A DNA stretch of 64,000 bases from Gammaproteobacteria bacterium. Its GTDB lineage: Bacteria > Pseudomonadota > Gammaproteobacteria > UBA4575. Shown here one piece after another: positions 49,301 through 57,113 of the stretch. Position numbers and translations under genes: made by a program. The stretch lies in the NCBI GenBank assembly GCA_965222615.1, contig CBDCUI010000007.1, forward strand, positions 313,080-377,079, read 5' to 3'. The notes beneath the pieces were generated by a model. That model did no database searches. It saw nothing but the letters and a program-made list of their open reading frames with translations, and was not told the DNA's origin. The stretch's first letter is position 1; every line of letters starts with the position of its first letter.

Positions 49301-49818
49301 GTAGGATTTCAGGGTCGGGTCTACGTTATGTGCCTGTAGTACATACAGGAAATCAGGCTCGATCGCTTGAAGAAGTCGCAGTTATTTCCGAAATTGTTAA
49401 GGACCTCCTTGAAGGAGGTTCATGGAAGGATAAGGAGCACAATGTTACAACTTTGACCGAACAAGATATCCTTATTGTTGCACCATATAACTCTCAGGTA
49501 GCAGCATTGATTGAAGCACTTCCTATGTTGCAAAATCGAATTGGAACTGTAGATCGTTTTCAAGGACAGGAAGCAGCTCTTGTATTATATTCAATGACAT
49601 CCTCAAGCGCAGAAGATGCTCCACGAGGAATGGAGTTTCTTTATGATCGGCACCGATTCAATGTTGCGACTTCTCGTGCTAGAGCTTTATGTATATTGGT
49701 CGGTAGTCCTGCTCTATTTGATCCAGACTGCAAAACACCACGCCAAATGCGTAGGGTTAACGGGTTCTGTCGTTACATGGAGATGACTAAAAAAATTAGT
49801 ATGTGTGACAGTTTTTGA
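46381..49818 (+). CDS. 1145-aa Dna2-like nuclease-helicase: Cas4/RecB-like PD-(D/E)xK Fe-S nuclease (TM0106-type), RNaseH-like domain and SF1B Upf1/DNA2-like helicase
   Basis: N-terminal Cys ligands (FHSCHH...CDLCTWWSEC, a CX2CX5C cluster) and the D-x-K motif YEVVDTKLARDTK. Central DIFLDFEG... RNaseH-like segment. Helicase motifs GPPGTGKT, VLIVDEAGQ, GDPQQL, TVDRFQGQE and NVATSRAR. Confidence 0.75.
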   Translation: MKIRNKNISLAPTDLSNFHSCHHLTYLDTKNAKGLIERPSRYGPLLDELKARGIAHEQKYFEHLKSQGLSFVQINNSDSDNFSKETALEETIAAMRNGIDVIYQATLLDNTWLGRADFLHKVESSSKFGNWSYEVVDTKLARDTKAGTILQLCVYSYLLSKLQGTRPEFMCVVTPGSDFIPLKYRVDDYGAYFRFAENNITDFIESEEDTYPELVPHCDLCTWWSECEKRRRGDDHLCYVAGIRGSQIKSLRSLGIERLADLAHLENIPETPHGSREALTRVRDQAKVQFIGRDKSGSYYEFIEPFNSEHGLAMLPEPTQDDIFLDFEGSHFVEQGVQEYLTGFLTLDPDGNQNYTALWARTLEEECRSFEEFIDIAIDACMRNQNAHIYHFASYEPTALKRLMGRFATRGEELDDLLRREAFVDLYTIVKRTLIASVERYSIKDLEPFFGYSRSQDLAEATMSRRIVENIIESGDIDDANQKHFQIVESYNREDCESAKRLRDWLEKLREEVISNGHVLPRPDIKTGDASEEISELDSELQRLRDGLLQEVPMEPEDRSDEQQARFTLAHMMEFHRREDKAAWWEYFRVLDLDQSDYVDERRALINLKFEKVVDAKRAPLQRYSFVPQELDVRRNDDVYDSEGNKVGKVTDVNYSARTIDIKKMIATADEHPNSVVFHNQVSSKALRESLMRFGESVLEQGFNGQLPYSSGLELLLCNSSPLAGDNGSLQQVNESTLDAACRLALNLDHHVLAIQGPPGTGKTYTGAHIICVLIQQGLKVGVTAVSHKVIENLLEGAMEEAHKQGINLQGVHRQDGEYQGNWNIERKKDYRTIRRQLDDGSIDVLGATAWCWVREEFEQSVDVLIVDEAGQMSLSNVLAASPGSKGLVLLGDPQQLEQPLQSSHPEGSEVSALYYLLDGEDTMPADKGLFLNETFRLHPSICQFTSEVYYEKRLIAQPDLINQEIIFLLDKTSRISGSGLRYVPVVHTGNQARSLEEVAVISEIVKDLLEGGSWKDKEHNVTTLTEQDILIVAPYNSQVAALIEALPMLQNRIGTVDRFQGQEAALVLYSMTSSSAEDAPRGMEFLYDRHRFNVATSRARALCILVGSPALFDPDCKTPRQMRRVNGFCRYMEMTKKISMCDSF

Positions 49819-50044
49819 TTATTTTGTTAATTGGACAATGTTTTTAGACACTAAGTTATTAATCATCGCCCCTCGAACAAGCCCATGATAGTTATGTACT
49901 TGGAAGGACCCCCTAAAAATAATCCTTTAAAATAATGAATCGATAATTGTCATTGTTAAACATTGCATTCAGGATTTAGCAAAAATACATAATTCTTTTT
50001 TCATACGCAGTGTATGAGTCCACGGTTCATCTCAAATCTAATAA

Positions 50045-50287
50045 TTAGTCGTAATCATCATCGTAATAACCGAATAAGTCACATCCATTATCAAACATGC
50101 CAGTACAGTGGTTATATATACCGGCTAGATTATTCGCATTGGTACCTCTAATATAATCACGATAATCATCATCACTCATATAAACATTGCGAAAACATGG
50201 TTCGCCCATACCGTCAAATGGATCTGATGTATCAAGCTTAAAAAGCTCTGAAATAAAATCGAAAAGAAAGATTACGATTGTGCGCAT
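50045..50287 (-). CDS. Small hypothetical protein with a hydrophobic N-terminus and Asp/Tyr-rich C-terminus
   Basis: MRTIVIFLFDFIS... then ...DDDYRDY...YYDDDYD. Confidence 0.25.
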   Translation of the reverse strand: MRTIVIFLFDFISELFKLDTSDPFDGMGEPCFRNVYMSDDDYRDYIRGTNANNLAGIYNHCTGMFDNGCDLFGYYDDDYD

Positions 50288-50476
50288 ATAGCAGTGCTGA
50301 ATTTATATTTCTAGATACAATTGTACACCTACTAAAGAAGACCGCGACGGCGCCCCGCCGCGGCTTCTCCCGTTGTCAGCCTTACGGCTGGCCCGTGCCC
50401 TAGGGAATTTTATTTAAACACCAATAATTTTATTTGAGCATATTTAAACACTGCGTATTAGTGGATCGATTAAACC

Positions 50477-51343
50477 TTACCTACCAAGATAAACACTTAT
50501 TATTTGGATGCGTTCGTGGCCTAGCTCTCGACTGATCTGCTGTCTTGCTAATTGGTCTTTTATTAATTGTTTGAGGTTCAACTCTTTAGCTTTTGGCCCA
50601 CCCGCGGCTGGAGACTTCCAGCTTGTTAGCTCAAAATATCGATTTTGTGCATATCGGTGCCTCAACCCATGTACCTTACTAAGCCCTATATATAAGGTAT
50701 GTCGCTCATATGACTTAAGTTGCTGGATATATGATTTGTTTGGAGGTATCAAGGAACCCTTTCCAACCAATTGATGAGAAATGGCAATTGCCATTTTTTG
50801 AGATTCGGTTCGTATAGGAATTGCCCTTTCTTTTCCTCCCTTTGTCCAGCTACTTTTTAGAACGAGTTGATTCTTACGATCGGCCCAATGAGGTTGAATC
50901 TTTATAGCTTCTTCTCTCCTGAGACCAAATTCCCGTTGCAACAAAAGACTAGCCCGCACCCATGGGTCTTTAACTAAATTTAGTTGCTCGTAACTTACAT
51001 TGATTGCTTTTGATTCATTGTTTAGATAGTTTCGGTTCGGGATACTATAGAAAGAATTATCCTTTGCAATTACAGAACCACGATTAACTTTTTCTGCCCA
51101 CCATCTCAGTGCGGCCATCCTATTTTTGATGGTACCTGTACTGATATCTTGTTCTTGCCAGATTTGAATTAGTCTATATACATGTCTTCCTTTTAGTTGT
51201 TGGGCATGTAGTTTTTTATAACCCGCTTCATGGAGCTGGTTGGCAATCAGATTTAAGATCTTTATTCGATTGGCCTGGGTGGCATAACTTCCATCGCGGT
51301 TTCTCCTACAAAGTTGTTTAAGTTCATAATTAAGATCCCTCAT
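50477..51343 (-). CDS. Tyrosine recombinase/integrase-family protein (catalytic domain only)
   Basis: R (FGLRREEA), K (KGGKER), HxxR (HGLRHRYA) and terminal Y (ISVYLGR). Confidence 0.6.
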   Translation of the reverse strand: MRDLNYELKQLCRRNRDGSYATQANRIKILNLIANQLHEAGYKKLHAQQLKGRHVYRLIQIWQEQDISTGTIKNRMAALRWWAEKVNRGSVIAKDNSFYSIPNRNYLNNESKAINVSYEQLNLVKDPWVRASLLLQREFGLRREEAIKIQPHWADRKNQLVLKSSWTKGGKERAIPIRTESQKMAIAISHQLVGKGSLIPPNKSYIQQLKSYERHTLYIGLSKVHGLRHRYAQNRYFELTSWKSPAAGGPKAKELNLKQLIKDQLARQQISRELGHERIQIISVYLGR

Positions 51344-51758
51344 GTATTTAATTGGTAAGTGTTAATGACTCGTCTAGTTGTGCCGTAGCACAAAAGATTT
51401 TTAAAGAGTCGAATTACGGATCATGTCTCTGAATGAAACTTCCATTGCATCATCCTGTTGGCGATTACAATGGAATATGGGTCTTTTTAGTTTGATAGCA
51501 CCTCCTTAGTTAAGTTAAATAGTTAGTGAATAGTGGTTCGCGATTTAGATGGATCACGAACCTTCAGGGCGTTCGTTTATTGTCTGAACAAGACTAGGGT
51601 TCTACTTTGTATAGTAGATATAGGTGCTTGGTTTTGAGTCTAAGCAGGACTCCCATTTAGTTCTGGGCGACAATGAATTCGTTGTGCACTAATAGTTGCA
51701 GATCACCACACCGTCACTCTCGATTTGGCTTTGTAACCCGCACTAGGTATGGGTTGGT

Positions 51759-51797
51759 GCGCATTGTCACTACCGCATTCGCGTAGTGACAATGCGC
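51759..51797. repeat. Perfect 15-bp inverted repeat with a 9-nt loop
   Basis: gcgcattgtcactac-cgcattcgc-gtagtgacaatgcgc, immediately 3' of the minus-strand gene that ends at 51820. Confidence 0.6.
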
Positions 51798-51819
51798 TTG
51801 GCGCAAGTAAATAGAAATG

Positions 51820-52122
51820 CTATTTCAATATTTCAAACTTCATTAGAGCAGTTGGGCCATGCATTTCTACATTAATAGCATTAATTTCTCTAAGTTGTTT
51901 TACATAGGTTCGACATTGTCGATCTGTACGACTTAGTACCTTGCATACTTCAGCAAGGTCAAAACACCCTATTCCATACTGATTAGCACATGCACGAAGA
52001 TATCCATAGGTAAGCTTTGCGCCATGACAAATATCGCGGCGAATTGCGATAGGCAGAGGAATCACCATACACTCATTTCCATTTTTATTACAGGTGCAAT
52101 AGGTTGAGTTAATTTTAGTCAT
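51820..52122 (-). CDS. Hypothetical Cys-rich small protein (island cargo, possible regulator)
   Basis: 100 aa with several Cys residues. No confident motif. Confidence 0.3.
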   Translation of the reverse strand: MTKINSTYCTCNKNGNECMVIPLPIAIRRDICHGAKLTYGYLRACANQYGIGCFDLAEVCKVLSRTDRQCRTYVKQLREINAINVEMHGPTALMKFEILK

Positions 52123-52393
52123 TATTAACCTCCTTTAAGAATGTTTGATATTCATCGTCATTTAATGCAAATACTGCAGCCACATGCGCAGCAGGATAAA
52201 ACACACGACGACCAAAATATCGTTTACTTTTTAGAAGATTTTTTATCTTTAGGCTTTTACTTGTTCGCAAAACATTCCCAAGACTTTCCGGTGATGTATG
52301 TACGATTTCAGCGAGATGCTGCCTTGAAATTGGATCCCCATATCTTTTTACATATGAGTCCAACATTTGTTTATATAACTCGTTTCCAAACAT
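52115..52393 (-). CDS. Hypothetical small protein, putative DNA-binding regulator of the island
   Basis: 92 aa. 8-nt overlap with the downstream gene suggests an operon. Confidence 0.3.
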   Translation of the reverse strand: MFGNELYKQMLDSYVKRYGDPISRQHLAEIVHTSPESLGNVLRTSKSLKIKNLLKSKRYFGRRVFYPAAHVAAVFALNDDEYQTFLKEVNND

Positions 52394-52750
52394 ATTTTCT
52401 CCAAAGTTAGAAAGCTTCTACGCAAATAAAATAACGGAAGATAATTTCGCGCAGAAGCTCTAAAACACGAGAATTTCTCCCAAAATATAAGTTGAGAACA
52501 TTTATAAGTTTGTATAGGAGGAACCACGAAGTTGGTTAACTAGAATGCGCAACTTACTTGCACACTCAGGTAAGGACCTGTTCGTGACTCAAAGTGGAGT
52601 CAGTACAAAGAAGTATTACTTCAAGGCACAGTTGTGTATAAGTAAAGCATCTCTATGGAAGAGATAACTAGGGATGTGGCAGATTTCCCTAGCGGTTCTT
52701 ATGATTATATGATTTGCGTATTTCGTCAATAGTTTGGAAAAAAACTTCCG

Positions 52751-53320
52751 CTAGTTATCATTTTGAGTTGATGTCGTTGGAGGTTTATATTTTTCGGGTC
52801 TTGTTGTTATTAAATATTTAGTCTTCGTATCTTCTATTTTAAATGGCATTCTACAATTTTCTAAATGTGGAATTTTAATAGATCCTGTTTTATGAGCATA
52901 TTGTCCTAATTCCTTACTATGTCTAAACCCAGGTGGACTGATAAGCTTAATTTTTCGTTTTTTACTTAATCCATTGATTACTTGTAGCGCAGGTGCAAAG
53001 TCACTGTCTTGACTAACTATGAATGCTTCATCGAAATTATCGTTATAAGCTTCTCTAATCATAGTAACTGCAATATTTACATCGGTTTGCTTTTCTTCAT
53101 GTGAAATCCATGTAGTTCCGCATGTCTTACAGCCACTTGATTTTTCTTTGAATGACCCCAATATTACTTTTACACCACATGCTTCTTGTGCTCTTATAAA
53201 TTTTTTATGCCTTTTGGCTGGGTTAATTAGCCATTCAGCTATAGCGGTAAAATAGTAGACATCAACAAGTTTATGGTTAGCAGGATTTGTAAAGGTTTCC
53301 ATTAACCTCCACATATCCAC
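52751..53320 (-). CDS. NYN/LabA-like domain protein (PIN-like RNase fold)
   Basis: ...NIAVTMIREAYNDNFDEAFIVSQDSDFAPALQV... matches the NYN domain acidic-residue pattern. Confidence 0.6.
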   Translation of the reverse strand: MDMWRLMETFTNPANHKLVDVYYFTAIAEWLINPAKRHKKFIRAQEACGVKVILGSFKEKSSGCKTCGTTWISHEEKQTDVNIAVTMIREAYNDNFDEAFIVSQDSDFAPALQVINGLSKKRKIKLISPPGFRHSKELGQYAHKTGSIKIPHLENCRMPFKIEDTKTKYLITTRPEKYKPPTTSTQNDN

Positions 53321-53595
53321 CCATTTTAGATCATTGCGATCTAAATTATTGATTGCATGTATAAATTAAAACTATCTATAAAGGCTATAACCCTAGTTGG
53401 ATGAGTGTTGACTACCAAGATAGAGCTCCTTTATAGTGATAGTGATTTTAATCCCGCATGCTAGAGATAGTGTGCGCCTACCGCGGGGCATGCCCCCGCG
53501 GTTCTATTTTCAAATCTGAACTCTTAATCCCCACTATTGTTTTCTTTTGTAGCAGTAAGAGTTTTAGATGTTTGAAAAAAGTCTTCAAATAAAAG

Positions 53596-53829
53596 CTAAG
53601 TTGTATTTGACAGATCATCATCTATAAATTTCCCCTCACGATTATATTGTTTGTATATTTTACGTAGGATACTTGGTCGTTTCTCAGCAATCTTCTTAAT
53701 AGCAGCCGTTAAAATATCTTTTAACTCTTCTTCTGTAAGTGTTTTGTTAGGATCTCCTCCGCCTATCTCAATCAAGGTTTTTTCTAAATTAGTTGTAAGT
53801 TTAGTTTTATTCCCAAGTTGAATTGCCAT
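53596..53829 (-). CDS. Small hypothetical protein downstream of the integrase (possible excisionase/accessory)
   Basis: 77 aa, 10 nt downstream of the integrase stop. No motif. Confidence 0.25.
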   Translation of the reverse strand: MAIQLGNKTKLTTNLEKTLIEIGGGDPNKTLTEEELKDILTAAIKKIAEKRPSILRKIYKQYNREGKFIDDDLSNTT

Positions 53830-53838
53830 AACAGTTAA

Positions 53839-54882
53839 TCACTGAATATTAAGTTGATCTAACTTCGAAACTAAATCTTCAGCTCGAAGGTGTGTATATC
53901 GTTTCAACATCTGCATGCTTTTATGTCCGCTAATGGCAGCGACTTCTTGATCCCCTAATCCGGCTTCAACTAAACGGCTAATTGCTTCATGCCTGAGGTC
54001 ATGAAATCTTAAGTCATGTAATTTAGCTTTTGCTATAGCTTTTCTCCATGCGGGACGATATTGATATGGGCGACGTTTCCCATCTTTACCTGGCTCACCA
54101 TAAAAAACTAAATTTGTATCAAACGGTCTAATTTTTTCGCTTAAAACTTCATTTAAAACAGATACTGCTACTTTATTAAGTGGCACTGTTCTTGAATTAC
54201 CATTCTTTGTATCAGACAACCTAATAACCCTTTTCTTTAAATCAATTTGGTTACGCTCAAGGCTTTGAATTTCACCTGCGCGCATTCCAGTTGATAATGC
54301 TAAACGAGTCATCCAACCAAGTTTTGGATTTCTTTTGTTATTACACACTTCTAGTAGTTTCTTTTCCTCATCAACTGACAGTCGCCGATCTCTTCCTTTA
54401 CTTGGTGAAGGTTTTCTAATGTTAAGAACTGGATTAAATGAAACTCCCAATCCCCATTCTTGTATTGCAACAGTATATAGGTGTGAAAGCAGTGCCAACT
54501 CTAGTCGTACTGTATCTGGTGATTTTCTGAGTTTTAATCGATTATCACGGTATTCAGCAATTTTTTGTGCAGTTAATGATGCAAGAGAATAATTTCCCAA
54601 CTTTTCAATAAGTCTATCTGCTCTTCTTTTTTCTGCTGTTTGCGTAGTTTGCTTTTTTGTAACAGTTACTTCTAAAAGATATCGTTGCAATGCATTCTGT
54701 AAAGTTGTTCGTTCTGCAGGCGCTCGATTTAAATAAACACCTCTCACCATTTCATCTTCGATACTTCGAGACCAGTCTTCAGCATCGCGCTTTGTACGAA
54801 ATGTTTTTGAAGCAGTAGGCCAGCCTTGTTTTCTAACCAAAGCTTTCCACTTATTAGATGAAGTTTTTACGAAGGTTGCCAA
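53839..54882 (-). CDS. int: Tyrosine-type site-specific integrase
   Basis: ...RLSVDEEKKL..., ...HDLRHEAISRLVEAGLGD..., ...GHKSMQMLKRYTHL. Lies adjacent to tRNA-Phe. Confidence 0.85.
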   Translation of the reverse strand: MATFVKTSSNKWKALVRKQGWPTASKTFRTKRDAEDWSRSIEDEMVRGVYLNRAPAERTTLQNALQRYLLEVTVTKKQTTQTAEKRRADRLIEKLGNYSLASLTAQKIAEYRDNRLKLRKSPDTVRLELALLSHLYTVAIQEWGLGVSFNPVLNIRKPSPSKGRDRRLSVDEEKKLLEVCNNKRNPKLGWMTRLALSTGMRAGEIQSLERNQIDLKKRVIRLSDTKNGNSRTVPLNKVAVSVLNEVLSEKIRPFDTNLVFYGEPGKDGKRRPYQYRPAWRKAIAKAKLHDLRFHDLRHEAISRLVEAGLGDQEVAAISGHKSMQMLKRYTHLRAEDLVSKLDQLNIQ

Positions 54883-54967
54883 CCTGGTACAATCCCAAAA
54901 TTTACTGTACCCCTATTGTACCTGAGTCCTGATGAATGGTTAAGCGATTTATAAGTTATTGATTTAA

Positions 54968-55043
54968 TGGTGGCCAGGGGCGGAATCGAACCACCGACAC
55001 GAGGATTTTCAGTCCACTGCTCTACCAACTGAGCTACCTGGCC
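54968..55043 (-). tRNA. tRNA-Phe(GAA), integration target (attR)
   Basis: The reverse complement reads GGCCAGGTAGCTCAGTTGGTAGAGCAGTGGACTGAAAATCCTCGTGTCGGTGGTTCGATTCCGCCCCTGGCCACCA, which closely matches E. coli tRNA-Phe. Confidence 0.9.
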
Positions 55044-55218
55044 AAATTGTAAAAAATGATCTTTCGTTTTGTTTTAGTTTGGACTGAAAATAGGATTTTC
55101 AGCCACTCTCCACCTTGCCGCTACGCGACCCCGCCATCCTGGCCAAATTGGTGAAAGATTTAAAGCGCGCTATTAAACGGCTGTATATATAAGGAGTCAA
55201 TATAAATTTGATGGAAGT

Positions 55219-55497
55219 CTAAGATTGAGCGTTGGGATCAACGAATTCTTTAGGTTTTTCGGAGCCTTCGCCAAAAAAGAATTTCTCCATCTCTTCCTCT
55301 AGGAATTTGCGAGCCTTTGGATCTACCGGAGTTAAACGATATTCGTTCATGAGCATCGTCTGGTGTCCCACCCACATCTGCCAGCCTTCTTTAGACACAT
55401 TGTCATAAATTTTCTGGCCTAGCTCACCTGGATAAGGCATGTACTCTAAGCCTTCAGCTTCTTTATTAAGCTTCACACATTGCACCATGCGCGTCAT
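55219..55497 (-). CDS. yggX: Fe(II)-trafficking / oxidative-damage protection protein YggX
   Basis: [42 protein letters not shown] matches YggX. Lies next to mutY, as in many proteobacteria. Confidence 0.85.
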   Translation of the reverse strand: MTRMVQCVKLNKEAEGLEYMPYPGELGQKIYDNVSKEGWQMWVGHQTMLMNEYRLTPVDPKARKFLEEEMEKFFFGEGSEKPKEFVDPNAQS

Positions 55498-56605
55498 GGG
55501 ATTGTTCCTTTTTATACTGTTGTACTCGTTGCAGGGTTTTTTTGACTGGCGTTGCTAAACCAACTTTTTGCCTAGCACTTTTATACCAAACCCCGAGATC
55601 GTCTTCCATTACACCATTGGGTTTATTCTCAATAGCAACTAATTTGGGCTGCAGTTGCAGCTGAAAATGGGAAAAAGTATGTGAAATTATCGGAAGGGTT
55701 ATCGCTTCTGAGATATTTTTATGCCAAGCTTCATGCAGCCATGTATTTAAGCTGGTTTCATCGGTAAATTCTGGAAAACTATACAGACCTCCCCATATTC
55801 CTACAGGTGGGCGTTTTTCTAACCAAATTGCTCCCTTTGAATCTTGTATCACCGCAACGATGAGTTTGCGTTGCGGTAATTTTCGTGAAGGTTTTGCAGT
55901 AGGCAATTCATGTTGCCGCTGCTGTGCAAAAGCTGCGCAATTTTTTTGAATGGGACAAAGCAAACAACTTGGATTGCTACGCGTACATAAAGTGGCCCCC
56001 AAATCCATCATCGCCTGAGTATACTTTGCCATGCTTTGGGCATTATTTTTTTTGGGCAGTAGTGATTCCGCATGTCCCCAAAGTTGCTGTTCAACTTTAC
56101 GTTCACTCGGCCAACCTTCCACAGCAAAAAAACGAGCCAGTACCCGTTTTACGTTGCCATCTAAAATGGCATGCGATTGATTGAAACTTAAAGCCAGGAT
56201 GGCGGCTGCCGTGGAACGCCCAATACCGGGTAACGCAATCACTTCCTCAAAGGTTTGTGGAAATTCTCCTTGGTGTTTTGTACAAATTTGTTGGGCTGTT
56301 AGATGTAAATTTCGTGCGCGTGCGTAATATCCCAAACCAGTCCATAGATGCAATACTTCATCGATGGGTGCCTTTGCCAGTTGTTTTACATTTGGAAAAC
56401 GTTGCATGAATTTTTCATAGTAGGGAACTACGGTCTCGACCCGCGTTTGTTGCAACATGATTTCTGAAACCCAAATACGATACGGATCTCGATCTTGCTG
56501 CCAAGGCAAATCTTTGCGGCCATGTTGTTGGAACCATGTCAAGATTTGAGTACTAAAGTTCTCATTCATGATTCGTTTTTGAACTGGCGCGCACTTGCTC
56601 AACAC
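55466..56605 (-). CDS. mutY: A/G-specific adenine DNA glycosylase MutY
   Basis: HhH-GPD motif [13 protein letters not shown]. 4Fe-4S loop [18 protein letters not shown]-terminal MutT-like domain. Confidence 0.9.
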   Translation of the reverse strand: MLSKCAPVQKRIMNENFSTQILTWFQQHGRKDLPWQQDRDPYRIWVSEIMLQQTRVETVVPYYEKFMQRFPNVKQLAKAPIDEVLHLWTGLGYYARARNLHLTAQQICTKHQGEFPQTFEEVIALPGIGRSTAAAILALSFNQSHAILDGNVKRVLARFFAVEGWPSERKVEQQLWGHAESLLPKKNNAQSMAKYTQAMMDLGATLCTRSNPSCLLCPIQKNCAAFAQQRQHELPTAKPSRKLPQRKLIVAVIQDSKGAIWLEKRPPVGIWGGLYSFPEFTDETSLNTWLHEAWHKNISEAITLPIISHTFSHFQLQLQPKLVAIENKPNGVMEDDLGVWYKSARQKVGLATPVKKTLQRVQQYKKEQSHDAHGAMCEA

Positions 56606-57113
56606 TTTCGATAACTCGTGCTTTAAATTTTCTTGTTAACACGTAAGAACGAATGATGGGCGGCACCCAAAATTTAGGTTGTACCTTGGCATGATACTCT
56701 ACGGTTGTGCTTGATGGGTTTTGAGTCAGCTCCCAACTTGCATAGCCCGAACGCAAATCACTTAACAAGGGAATCACAATGGCCTCTAGTTTGTTATTTC
56801 CGTCTTGTAGCATATCTTCTACACGGGTAATGTCTTTACAAAAAAATAACACGCAATCATGTACCACGGTGCGTATACGTGTTTTGGTATCATCTGGCGT
56901 TGCTATAATTTCACTAACTTTTATTGCCGGACTAAGATTAGCGATATTTTCATAGTCCGTTAGCACCGCCATCACTCGTACCGGGGAGGCCTCGACATCA
57001 AACTTGGCGGTGAGATAATAGATGCCTTGCTCGTAGCGCACATCAAACTCATCGGCTTGGGCAATGCCCACTACGCAAATCCATACGAGGAATACGTAGT
57101 GGATCGATTTCAT
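56562..57113 (-). CDS. Secreted hypothetical protein (possibly SRPBCC-like lipid-binding fold)
   Basis: Signal peptide [20 protein letters not shown]. No catalytic motif. Confidence 0.3.
   Translation of the reverse strand: MKSIHYVFLVWICVVGIAQADEFDVRYEQGIYYLTAKFDVEASPVRVMAVLTDYENIANLSPAIKVSEIIATPDDTKTRIRTVVHDCVLFFCKDITRVEDMLQDGNNKLEAIVIPLLSDLRSGYASWELTQNPSSTTVEYHAKVQPKFWVPPIIRSYVLTRKFKARVIESVEQVRASSKTNHE

Larger units (their letters stand above)
40253..55043. mobile_element. ~14.8-kb integrative genomic island at tRNA-Phe (integrase plus att repeats) carrying two giant nuclease-helicases
   Basis: Intact tRNA-Phe with an adjacent tyrosine integrase at the right end. A 47-nt tRNA 3'-end duplicate at the left end. 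GC-rich hairpins and cargo genes between them. Confidence 0.7.

Noticed and set aside
40456-49818. The two large helicase-nuclease ORFs considered as a type I/III restriction-modification system
   Set aside because: There is no methyltransferase or specificity subunit. The helicases are SF1 Upf1-like rather than SF2 HsdR-like.
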